64,000 nt of DNA, taken from Bordetella parapertussis (GTDB lineage: Bacteria > Pseudomonadota > Gammaproteobacteria > Burkholderiales > SG8-39). Positions 27,729-36,098 of the stretch are shown piece by piece. The stretch's first letter is position 1; every line of letters begins with the position of its first letter. A program made the translations under genes and the position numbers. The stretch is from contig CAMDFL010000002.1 of the NCBI GenBank assembly GCA_945897475.1, positions 4,368 to 68,367 on the forward strand, in the 5' to 3' direction. The notes below the pieces were generated by a model that saw only the letters and a list, made by a program, of their open reading frames with translations, did not search any database and was not told the DNA's origin.

Positions 27729-28760
27729 ATGCGAAATAACGCTGTGCGAAATAACGCTGTGCGAAATGTCGCTCGCCGAGTGATTTGCGGTTTGTCGCTG
27801 TGCGCCGTCACTATGGCGTCGCAGGCGCAGGAGTACCCCGCCAAACCCATCAACATGATTGTGCCCTTCCCTCCAGGTGGGGTTGCCGATCTCACGGGCC
27901 GTCCCACCGCCATGGCCATGGAGAAAATTCTCAGGCAACCGGTGCTGGTGGTGAATCGCCCCGGTGCCGGCGGGGCGGTGGGCAACGCGCAGGTAGGCAA
28001 GGGTGCGACCGATGGCCACACCATCCTGATGGCATTATCGAGCATCTCGGTGATTCCCGAGGCGGAGCGCGCCTGCAAACGAGTCGCTCCCTACGATCTG
28101 AATCAATTCACGCCCATCGCGCTGATTTCGGCCGATCCGACAGTGCTCGCGGTGCGCAGCGAAAGCCCGTATCGCAACCTTCGTGATGTGGTGGATGCGG
28201 CTCGACGCGCGCCCGATAAACTATCGTTTTCAACGTCGGGTATTTATGGCGCCTTGCATATGCCGATCGCGATGTTCGAAGCCGCAGCGGGAATCAAGCT
28301 CTACCATATCCCCTACTCGGGGGGCGGACCGGCGGTGACCGCATTGCTGGGATCTCAGGTTGAAATGGCCGCCGGCGGCCCATCGGCGTTAATTGGCCAG
28401 ATTCGTGCAGGGCGGCTGCGCCCCTTGGCCAGTTGGGGTTCATCACGCCTCGCCTCGCTGCCGGATGTGCCGACCTTCAAGGAACTCGGCATGGAGGTGG
28501 AGTACTTCATCTGGTCCGGCGTATTCGTCGCTGCCGGGACGCCCGCGCCAATCGTCAATACCCTTCGCGACGCGGTGCGTCGCGCAGTTCAGGACGTCGA
28601 TTTTAAGGCGACCATGGATAAAATCCAGACGCCCATCGCCTATCTTGATGCGCCGGAATTCGCCAAGTACTGGGATGCCGATGCGCGGCGGCTGGCAGGG
28701 GTGTTGAAGCACCTGGGATGTATCGAGCAGCAGGCGGGCAGCCCCGCACCTGCTAAATAA
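27729..28760 (+). CDS. Bug/TctC-family substrate-binding protein
   Basis: Signal peptide, then AQEYPAKPINMIVPFPPGG, VVNRPGAGG, TDGHT. The N-terminus contains the repeat-encoded NNAVRNNAVRN. Confidence 0.9.
   Translation: MRNNAVRNNAVRNVARRVICGLSLCAVTMASQAQEYPAKPINMIVPFPPGGVADLTGRPTAMAMEKILRQPVLVVNRPGAGGAVGNAQVGKGATDGHTILMALSSISVIPEAERACKRVAPYDLNQFTPIALISADPTVLAVRSESPYRNLRDVVDAARRAPDKLSFSTSGIYGALHMPIAMFEAAAGIKLYHIPYSGGGPAVTALLGSQVEMAAGGPSALIGQIRAGRLRPLASWGSSRLASLPDVPTFKELGMEVEYFIWSGVFVAAGTPAPIVNTLRDAVRRAVQDVDFKATMDKIQTPIAYLDAPEFAKYWDADARRLAGVLKHLGCIEQQAGSPAPAK
27731..27773. repeat. 15-bp in-frame tandem repeat (2.9 copies) in the first codons of the Bug gene
   Basis: GCGAAATAACGCTGT x2, then GCGAAATGTCGCT. 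Confidence 0.85.
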
Positions 28761-28894
28761 ATCAGTGAACAAGGTGGCGATAGATTTACCCGCAGCACCT
28801 CGGAAGCGCGCGGTTGCGTATCAATACGCTTTCTGGCAAGGTCTGCGTCCGCAGCGACGTTTATAAAATTTTATTATCGGATCGTGACCAGTAA

Positions 28895-28972
28895 GCCGAA
28901 TTTCAAGCGCGAATTTCAAGCGCGAATTTCAAGTGCGAATTCCAGGCGCGAATTCCATGTGCGAATTCCATG
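28895..28972. repeat. 6 x 13-bp tandem repeat array in the leader of the iorAB-like/sox unit
   Basis: GCCGAATTTCAAG, CGCGAATTTCAAG, CGCGAATTTCAAG, TGCGAATTCCAGG, CGCGAATTCCATG, TGCGAATTCCATG. Head-to-tail, ending 8 nt before the SD AAGGAGGAG. Confidence 0.9.
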
Positions 28973-28994
28973 TTTCTACCAAGGAGGAGTGAAA

Positions 28995-29465
28995 GTGAAA
29001 TTAAACATTAATGGGCGTGTTCGAGAGCTCGACGTCGAACCGGAAATGCCCCTGTTGTGGGCGTTGCGCGATGTGCTTGATTTGAAGGGCACGAAGTTTG
29101 GTTGTGGCATCGCCCAGTGCGGCGCCTGTACCGTGCATATCAACGGCGAGCCGGTGCGTTCCTGCTCCTTCCCGGTGTCGGCGGCCGAAGGCCAGCAGGT
29201 CACCACCATCGAGGGCATTTCGCGAAACTCCACGCATCCGGTCCAGGTGGCCTGGGTCGAGCATCAGGTGCCGCAGTGCGGTTACTGCCAGTCGGGCCAG
29301 ATCATGGCGGCGGTGGCGCTTTTGAAGAGAAAGCCCAAGCCTACTGATGCGGACATCGATTCGGCCATGACCAACATCTGCCGTTGCGGCACCTACGCCC
29401 GCATTCGCACCGCGATCCATGCAGCCGCCCGCGGCAATGGCCCTGCCGCTGCGAAGAAAGCCTGA
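28995..29465 (+). CDS. (2Fe-2S)-binding small subunit of an IorAB/aldehyde-oxidase-type molybdoenzyme
   Basis: GTG start 28995, 5 nt after AAGGAGGAG. Plant-type and second cluster motifs [12 protein letters not shown] and [10 protein letters not shown]...CRCGTY. Confidence 0.9.
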   Translation: MKLNINGRVRELDVEPEMPLLWALRDVLDLKGTKFGCGIAQCGACTVHINGEPVRSCSFPVSAAEGQQVTTIEGISRNSTHPVQVAWVEHQVPQCGYCQSGQIMAAVALLKRKPKPTDADIDSAMTNICRCGTYARIRTAIHAAARGNGPAAAKKA

Positions 29466-29469
29466 GGAA

Positions 29470-31650
29470 ATGACCATGAAAAAAACGACATTTAAAAAAT
29501 CCCGCCGCGATTTTCTGGTGACATCCGCCGGAGCTGGCGGTGGCCTTGCCCTTGGTTTTCATATGCCCTCCGCGCTGTCCCAGAAGGTGGGCACGGTTGA
29601 GAAGGCGAATGTCAATATCTGGGTGGCCGTGGGCGCCGATGACACGGTGGTGATCAAATACGCGCGCTCCGAAATGGGTCAGGGCAGCATGACCTCGGCG
29701 CCGCAGTTGGTGGCGGAGGAATTGGACGCCGACTGGAAGAAGGTGAAGATCGAGTACGCCGACACCAACCAGCACGTGCGCATGAAGCGCGCCTGGGGCG
29801 ATATGGCTACCGTAGGCAGTCGCACCATCCGCAATTCGCAGGAATACCTGCGCAAGGCCGGCGCCTCCGCGCGCGCCATGTTGGTTGCGGCGGCCAGCAA
29901 CGAGTGGGGCGTGCCACCTGGCGAGATCACGGTATCGAACGGCATCGTTAGCCACGCAGGGTCGAAACGCCGCACTACTTTCGGCAAGTTGGCTGTGGCA
30001 GCGGCCAAGCTGGAAGCCCCGAAGGATGTGGTGCTCAAAGATCCCAAAGACTGGAAAATCGCCGGCAAGTCGATGCGCCGTATCGATATTCCCGCGTCGG
30101 TCAACGGCTCGCAGATCTACGGCGCCGATACCCAATTGCCCGGCATGCTCTACGCTGCGGTAGCGCAGTGCCCGGTATTTGGCGGCAAGGCGAAATCCTT
30201 CGATGAGTCACGCGTCAAGGGGCGACGTGGTATCACCAAGGTGATGACTATCGATGATGGTGCGGCGGTAGTGGTGGTGGCCGACAATTGGTGGCGCGCC
30301 AAGGAAGCATTGAAAGATGTTCCGGTGGATTGGGATTTTGGCGCGAATGGCAATGTATCGAGCGCCAGTATTCTGCAGTTCTTCAAGGAGGGTCTGGCCG
30401 CGCCCGATGCCGCGGTACTTCCCAATAAGAAGGGCGATGCCGCCAAGGCGTTTGCTGGGGCGACCAAGGTACTCGAAGCCGAGTATTTCACGCCCTATCT
30501 TTGCCACGCACCCATGGAGACCATGGGCGCTACGGTGCAGATCAAGGACGGCCGAGTCGATGTTTGGGCCTCGACGCAATCGGGCGAAGGCACCTTGGCC
30601 AGTGTCGCGGCCGCGTTAAAGACTCCCACCGACAACGTCTATTTCCACAAGGTGCAGGCGGGCGGCGGTTTCGGTCGCCGCGGCGGATCGAACGATTTCG
30701 GTCGTCAGGCGGCTCTGATCGCTCAACAACTGCCTAATGGCACGCCGGTGAAACTGTTGTGGACGCGTGAAGAAGACACGCAACACGACTTTTACCGGCC
30801 GCTGGCGATGTACAAACTCAAAGGCGGAATCGATGCGCAGGGCAACGTGGTGGGATGGCAGACACGTATTGCCAGTGGCTCGCTTGTCAACCAGTTGCTT
30901 AATCTTCCTTTGAAGACCGGCATTGACGGTCCGGCAACCGAGGGCTTCGATCATTTTCCCTATGAGATTCCCAATCAGCAGCACGAGTACATCCAGCGCC
31001 GCACCCATGTGCCGATCGGCTTCTGGCGAACGGTGGGCTGGTCGCAGACGCCGTTTGCACGCGAGCAGTTTATCGATGAGCTGGCGATCGCGGCAGGCAA
31101 GGACCCCTACGAATTTCGCAGAAAGTTACTCGAAAACGAAAAGCGGCCACTGGGTATTCTTGATGCAGTGGCCAAGGCAGCGGGATGGGGAAAACCATTG
31201 CCCAAGGGGGTGTTCCGAGGAATTGCCACCACTGAGCCTTATGGCAGTTATACCTCGGCGGTAGTTGAACTCTCTGTCGATGACAAGGGCGCCATAAAAT
31301 TGCATCGCGTGGTGCAGGCTATCGATTGCGGTTATGTGGTGAACCCCGACAATATCAACGCCCAAATCCAGGGATCTACGGTATGGGCAGTGACCGCGGC
31401 GATGTGGGGCGAGATCACCTTGAAGGATGGCCGTGTCGAGCAGGGCAACTTCGATGCCTATCGCATGATGCGTATGCGCGAGATGCCCAAGGTCGAGGTG
31501 GTGTTGGCGCCTACCGGTGGTTTCTGGGGCGGCGTGGGCGAGCCGGGCCAGGCGCCTTTGATTCCGGCGATGTGCAACGCGATTTTCGCCGCGACGGGCA
31601 AGCGTATTCGTAGCCTGCCGCTCAAAAACCAGGGATTCACGCTGGCGTAG
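29470..31650 (+). CDS. molybdopterin-binding large subunit (isoquinoline 1-oxidoreductase beta / membrane-bound aldehyde dehydrogenase-like) with Tat signal
   Basis: Twin-arginine leader KKSRRDFLVTSAGAGGGLALG. Large XO-family body (EMGQGSMTS, QAGGGFGRRG, VGEPGQAPLIPA). Start at 29470 or 29476. Confidence 0.85.
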   Translation: MTMKKTTFKKSRRDFLVTSAGAGGGLALGFHMPSALSQKVGTVEKANVNIWVAVGADDTVVIKYARSEMGQGSMTSAPQLVAEELDADWKKVKIEYADTNQHVRMKRAWGDMATVGSRTIRNSQEYLRKAGASARAMLVAAASNEWGVPPGEITVSNGIVSHAGSKRRTTFGKLAVAAAKLEAPKDVVLKDPKDWKIAGKSMRRIDIPASVNGSQIYGADTQLPGMLYAAVAQCPVFGGKAKSFDESRVKGRRGITKVMTIDDGAAVVVVADNWWRAKEALKDVPVDWDFGANGNVSSASILQFFKEGLAAPDAAVLPNKKGDAAKAFAGATKVLEAEYFTPYLCHAPMETMGATVQIKDGRVDVWASTQSGEGTLASVAAALKTPTDNVYFHKVQAGGGFGRRGGSNDFGRQAALIAQQLPNGTPVKLLWTREEDTQHDFYRPLAMYKLKGGIDAQGNVVGWQTRIASGSLVNQLLNLPLKTGIDGPATEGFDHFPYEIPNQQHEYIQRRTHVPIGFWRTVGWSQTPFAREQFIDELAIAAGKDPYEFRRKLLENEKRPLGILDAVAKAAGWGKPLPKGVFRGIATTEPYGSYTSAVVELSVDDKGAIKLHRVVQAIDCGYVVNPDNINAQIQGSTVWAVTAAMWGEITLKDGRVEQGNFDAYRMMRMREMPKVEVVLAPTGGFWGGVGEPGQAPLIPAMCNAIFAATGKRIRSLPLKNQGFTLA

Positions 31651-31669
31651 TACTCGATACCCTGACGGT

Positions 31670-32152
31670 TTGCGGCACGCAGTGAATCAATTTCTAAGCG
31701 CTGTCGCCGTATTGCTGTTCGCGACAAAGATGGCGGGATTTGCCCAGGCGCAAACCCCGCCGTTTCCATTGGTGCCCTACAAAATAGAAAACGGCGAGAT
31801 TATGAACGCGCTGGCGGCGCCAGGTAATGCAAAGCAGGGCGAGGTCATCGTGCTGGATCGCGGTTTGAGTTCCTGCGTGTTATGTCATATCGTGCCGGAC
31901 CCCGAAGGGCGGCCTATGGGCAACATCGCACCGCCTTTGGCCGGGGTTGCCGCCCGATTGAGCGCCGGGCAGCTGCGCCTGCGGATGGTCGATTCCACGC
32001 AAATCAACCCGCAAAGCATCATGCCGCCGTATTATCGTATTGAAGGCCTTCATCAGGTGGCGGCGGCCTGGCGCGGGAAGCCAATTCTGGATGCGCAACA
32101 AATTGAAGATGTCGTGGCGTATTTGCTTAGCTTGAAGGATGTCAACCGGTGA
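31670..32152 (+). CDS. soxX: sulfur-oxidation c-type cytochrome SoxX (monohaem)
   Basis: Signal peptide and a single CVLCH haem site. SoxX-like strings GNIAPPL and MPPYYR. Followed directly by soxYZA. Start uncertain (TTG 31670 / GTG 31682). Confidence 0.75.
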   Translation: MRHAVNQFLSAVAVLLFATKMAGFAQAQTPPFPLVPYKIENGEIMNALAAPGNAKQGEVIVLDRGLSSCVLCHIVPDPEGRPMGNIAPPLAGVAARLSAGQLRLRMVDSTQINPQSIMPPYYRIEGLHQVAAAWRGKPILDAQQIEDVVAYLLSLKDVNR

Positions 32153-32586
32153 AACGCAGACACTTGTTCGGATGGATTGCAGGGTTGGTCTGCCTGTCCT
32201 GGAGGGCTCGCGCGCAGGAATCGGTCTCTGAACCGGCCATCGTGGCGCTGACAAAGGGGGTGCGGCTGGTTCGCGGTAGAGTGAAGATGGATCTCCCTGT
32301 GATCGCCGACAATGGCAATGCTGTTCCATTGAAGATACATGTCGAGAGTCCCATGACCGCCAATGATTATGTCAGGGCGATTCACCTGGTGTCGGATCGC
32401 AATCCGGTTCCGAATATGGCCAGCTTCCATATCGGCCCGCACTCGGGGCGAGCGGACCTGGAGACCCGAGTGCGCCTGGCCGGTTCGCAGAACGTCACCG
32501 TCATAGCTGAAATGTCCGACGGCACATTCTGGATGGATCGCTCGCATGTGCAGGTGACGCTGTCTGCCTGCGCGGACGAAAGTTGA
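32149..32586 (+). CDS. soxY: SoxY-like sulfur carrier protein with non-canonical C-terminus
   Basis: GTG start overlapping the soxX stop (GTGA). Tat-type leader KRRHLF. SoxY body (PVIADNGNAVPLKIHVESPMTANDYVRAIHL). Ends VTLSACADES rather than GGCGG. Confidence 0.75.
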   Translation: MKRRHLFGWIAGLVCLSWRARAQESVSEPAIVALTKGVRLVRGRVKMDLPVIADNGNAVPLKIHVESPMTANDYVRAIHLVSDRNPVPNMASFHIGPHSGRADLETRVRLAGSQNVTVIAEMSDGTFWMDRSHVQVTLSACADES

Positions 32587-32596
32587 AAGTGCGGCT

Positions 32597-32917
32597 ATGA
32601 GCGCGAGAATCCAGGTGCCAGTGAACGTGAAGTCTGGCGAAGTCATCCAGGTTCGCTTTTTGATCGAGCACGACATGGAAACCGGATATCGATTCGACGA
32701 CCGCGGTGCATCGATTCCCCGCAATGTAATCCACACCATCACCTGTACTTACAATGGACTTGAGGTGATGCGCGCGCAAACCTCCTCGGGCATCTCCGCC
32801 AATCCCTATGTTCAATTTTCACTCAGAGTTATCGAGAGCGGCGAATTGCTGCTTACCTGGGTGGACGACCTGGGTGTGCGCGGATCGCAACGGCAGTCGA
32901 TCACTGTGAGCGGATGA
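32597..32917 (+). CDS. soxZ: SoxZ sulfur carrier complex protein
   Basis: IQVPVNVKSGEVIQVRFLIEHDMETGYR matches the SoxZ N-terminal signature (..G(E/D)V..(V/I)..L..H.METG). Confidence 0.85.
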   Translation: MSARIQVPVNVKSGEVIQVRFLIEHDMETGYRFDDRGASIPRNVIHTITCTYNGLEVMRAQTSSGISANPYVQFSLRVIESGELLLTWVDDLGVRGSQRQSITVSG

Positions 32918-32920
32918 GTC

Positions 32921-33757
32921 TTGGGGGTTTTGCACTTGTTCATTAGCCTCGCGCAGGGTATTGCGCCGGGCATCGCGCTGCTTGTCACGCTTGTTTTCAC
33001 TCTTTTTTTTGCGACGCCAGGTGCCGCCAGTGCGCAGAATCGCGCCATTGCCATGCCGGAGTTGCGTTCGGGCTTCGATTTTCTCGGTGCGGACCTCAAA
33101 AAAATGCAGCAGGACGATTTTGCCAATCCCGGCAGCTTATGGGTGGACCGGGGCGAGAAGTTGTGGCGCGCGGTTGCGGGCGCGGACGGAAAATCCTGCG
33201 CTGATTGCCATGGTGACGCTAGAGAGAGCATGAAAGGCGTGGCGGTGCGCTATCCACGGATTGACACAGGTACGGGAAAACTGGTTTCCCTGGAGACTCG
33301 CATTCTTCAATCGCGCGTTGTGCGCCAGAAGTCCCCCGCGTTCGCGCGCGAGTCGGGGGACTTGCTGGCGCTCAACGCCTATATCACGCATCAATCGCGC
33401 GGCATTCCCATTGAGGCGAATATCGAGGGCGCGGCCCGAAAACATTTCGACGCCGGTGAAGCATTTTTTCTTCGCCGCCGTGGACAACTGAATCTCTCCT
33501 GTGCAAATTGCCATGACGCCAACTGGGGACGCACACTATTTGCTGAGCGCATCAGTCAGGGCCATCCCAACGCCTATCCAGTCTATCGACTGGAATGGCA
33601 GACGCTCGGTTCTCTGGAACGGCGTTTGCGTGCCTGCCTGTCCGGCGTGCGCGCCGAAATCCTTCCCTACGGCTCAACTGAATACACCGACTTATCGCTG
33701 TACCTGGCCTGGCGCGCGAAGGGTTTGCCAGTGGAGGCGCCGGGAGTAAGAAGATAA
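32921..33757 (+). CDS. soxA: sulfur-oxidation dihaem c-type cytochrome SoxA
   Basis: Two haem sites (CADCH, CANCH) and the downstream conserved Cys in RLRACLSG. SoxA-like length. Non-ATG start (TTG 32921 or nearby) is uncertain. Confidence 0.8.
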   Translation: MGVLHLFISLAQGIAPGIALLVTLVFTLFFATPGAASAQNRAIAMPELRSGFDFLGADLKKMQQDDFANPGSLWVDRGEKLWRAVAGADGKSCADCHGDARESMKGVAVRYPRIDTGTGKLVSLETRILQSRVVRQKSPAFARESGDLLALNAYITHQSRGIPIEANIEGAARKHFDAGEAFFLRRRGQLNLSCANCHDANWGRTLFAERISQGHPNAYPVYRLEWQTLGSLERRLRACLSGVRAEILPYGSTEYTDLSLYLAWRAKGLPVEAPGVRR

Positions 33758-33789
33758 TTTACGGTTCGGCCGGGGCAGCGCTGCTAAAA

Positions 33790-33821
33790 CCTGCACGAAC
33801 GAAAAATCCGTTCGCGGCAGG
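33790..33821. terminator. imperfect hairpin between convergent soxA and GGDEF genes (possible bidirectional terminator)
   Basis: CCTGCACGAACG-aaaaatc-CGTTCGCGGCAGG. Core 6-bp perfect stem with an extended imperfect stem and no clear U-tract. Confidence 0.3.
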
Positions 33822-33886
33822 AGGGGTCGAGCCAAAAACCCTTCAGTAAGTGCCATTCGGTTTAGAACAAGGATTGAGAACGCCAT

Positions 33887-35074
33887 CTACAGTTGGCGGC
33901 TGGCCGCTTCGGTGAGCGTGTTGTCGGCGGCTTTAAACAAGGACGAAACCACCTGATTGCGGCCCGCTGCCTTGGCCAGATAGAGCGCGGCATCGGCGCA
34001 ACTGAGCAGACTGTCGAGGGTGTCGATGGCCATTGCATCGTCTCCGCAAATTCCCACGCTGCAGGTGATATGTACTGGGCCTGAGCGCGTGGGCATCTGC
34101 GTATCGTCTATGGCCGCGCGAATACGTTCGGCAAGCGTCAGTGCGGTGCCGGCGTCGGCGCCGGGGAGTAGCACGCAAAACTCCTCCCCGCCATAGCGCA
34201 CCAGCAAATCCTCGCGACGAAGGCAATCTGCCACGGTACGCGAGAACTCCCGCAAAACGTCATCGCCCACCAGATGACCTCGCGTGTCGTTGACGCGCTT
34301 GAAATGGTCCATGTCCAGCATCAGAAGACGTAGCGGCAATCCGCTGCGACGGCAGCGAGCGAGTTCACGCTCCGCGAGTTCGATAAAGGTCCTGCGATTG
34401 AAAACCCCGGTGAGCGGATCCACCGTGGCCAGCTTGTACATTTCATCCTCGGCTCGTTCTTTGTGCATCAGAAGAAAACTAAAGGAACTCAGCACCACCG
34501 CGGCGATCGCCACCAGATAACCGAATTCCTCGGAAATCCCCGCATCAGTTGATGTCATGGGTGTGAGTAAATCCAGCGCGCCGAGTGAGAAGAATATCGC
34601 CACCAATACGCCATAGGCGAACATCATCACGTATCGTGTTCGATGCCGATGGTGGACTTCACTCCTGCAGGTCTGCCACAAAACGGCCAGGCAGCACAGG
34701 CCTTGCAAAAAATCACTGACGGCGATGCTGGTTGCGACCGTGCCCGCAAGCAGCAGGCATGTCAGCGCCACCATGAACGGCCCAGCGATGAGGGCAGATG
34801 CGGGTACGGCGCGCCGCTGAAATTCGAACAGGGCGGCCGCCTGCATCATAAAGCTCGCCGCCAGCAGAAAATTGGCGGTCACGAACATCAGGCTGTCCGG
34901 TTGGACGTCGTGTGCCGCGAACAAGGCCCATGCGCAAGCCTGGGCGAATAGCGACGCCCCCCATTTGCCCAGGCCATCGCGAGTCGCGCCGGCGAAGGCC
35001 GCCCAAAGAGCGCCCGCCATGACGGCGTTACTCAGCATGAGCACGAACAAAAGCGTAAATTTATTCAGCGTCAT
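33887..35074 (-). CDS. membrane-anchored diguanylate cyclase (GGDEF domain)
   Basis: Hydrophobic multi-helix N-terminal half. C-terminal GGDEF domain with active site GGEEF and an RxxD I-site (RRED) exactly 5 residues upstream. Confidence 0.9.
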   Translation of the reverse strand: MTLNKFTLLFVLMLSNAVMAGALWAAFAGATRDGLGKWGASLFAQACAWALFAAHDVQPDSLMFVTANFLLAASFMMQAAALFEFQRRAVPASALIAGPFMVALTCLLLAGTVATSIAVSDFLQGLCCLAVLWQTCRSEVHHRHRTRYVMMFAYGVLVAIFFSLGALDLLTPMTSTDAGISEEFGYLVAIAAVVLSSFSFLLMHKERAEDEMYKLATVDPLTGVFNRRTFIELAERELARCRRSGLPLRLLMLDMDHFKRVNDTRGHLVGDDVLREFSRTVADCLRREDLLVRYGGEEFCVLLPGADAGTALTLAERIRAAIDDTQMPTRSGPVHITCSVGICGDDAMAIDTLDSLLSCADAALYLAKAAGRNQVVSSLFKAADNTLTEAASRQL

Positions 35075-35120
35075 TGAAATTATTGACGTATTTTTCAGCC
35101 GACTCAGGCCGCATGGGGAA

Positions 35121-35891
35121 TCAACCGCGTCCTATAAACGGCATTTTGGTGGCCATTACCGTCATGAACTGCACATTCGCCGAAAGCGGCAAGCCTGCCA
35201 TATAGAGCACCGCCTTGGCAACATCTTCCACGTCCATCATGGGTTCGGGGGTCACGTCTCCATTGGCCTGGGCGACGCCCTTGGCCATTTTTGCCGCGAG
35301 CTCAGTGGCGGCGTTTCCCACGTCGATCTGGCCGCAGGCGATGTCGTATTTCCTGCCGTCCAGCGAGGTGCATTTGGTGAGGCCGGTCACAGCGTGTTTG
35401 GTGGCTGTGTAGGCCGCGGAATTCGGCCGCGGTGTGTGCGCCGAGATCGAGCCATTGTTGATGATGCGCCCGCCCTGCGGCGCCTGCGACTTCATGATGC
35501 GAAAGGCTTCCTGGGTACAAAGGAAAACGCCGTGCAGATTGACATCGACCACGGATTTCCATTTTTCGAAAGAAAAATCCTCCAATGGCACCGCGGGTGA
35601 GCTGACCCCCGCATTGTTGAACAACAAATCGAGACGCCCGAAGCGATCCTTGGCTGCCGCAAACAAGGCGCGTACTGAGTCCTGATCGGCAACATTGGTG
35701 GGCACGGCGATGGCCTCATTGCCTTGCATACTGCCTGCCGCGGCAGACTCCTTGATCGCCTGATCGAGCATCTCGGCGCGTCGGCCGGCGAGCACCACGC
35801 TCCAGCCGTCCTTCAATAAAGCGAGCGCCGAGGCCTTGCCTATGCCGGAACCAGCGCCAGTGACGATTGCAATCCTGCTTTGCGTTTTCAT
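35121..35891 (-). CDS. SDR-family short-chain dehydrogenase/reductase
   Basis: [10 protein letters not shown] cofactor motif, NNAG, and catalytic Y-x3-K (YTATK). Confidence 0.9.
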   Translation of the reverse strand: MKTQSRIAIVTGAGSGIGKASALALLKDGWSVVLAGRRAEMLDQAIKESAAAGSMQGNEAIAVPTNVADQDSVRALFAAAKDRFGRLDLLFNNAGVSSPAVPLEDFSFEKWKSVVDVNLHGVFLCTQEAFRIMKSQAPQGGRIINNGSISAHTPRPNSAAYTATKHAVTGLTKCTSLDGRKYDIACGQIDVGNAATELAAKMAKGVAQANGDVTPEPMMDVEDVAKAVLYMAGLPLSANVQFMTVMATKMPFIGRG

Positions 35892-36098
35892 GGTTTTCCC
35901 GTTCTAAAAGTTATATTCGTTGACTGATTTATTCCAGCGCTATTCCCGACGCTTCGACGCTGCGCAGAGCATGCGCGGTAAATGCAATACAAGGCTGCTG
36001 TGGACCTCAAAGCGCTATCGGATTGGCGACGCAGCGATCCAGAAAATTCGTGGTAATCGGTCAGGATGCGCATGTGATCTCCGTAAATTCGGAAAAAT

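Noticed and set aside
28884-28994. Upstream extension of the 2Fe-2S subunit ORF ([17 protein letters not shown]...)
   Set aside because: It is simply a translation of the 13-bp tandem array. A strong SD (AAGGAGGAG) precedes the GTG at 28995, which gives the family-typical MKLNINGR start.
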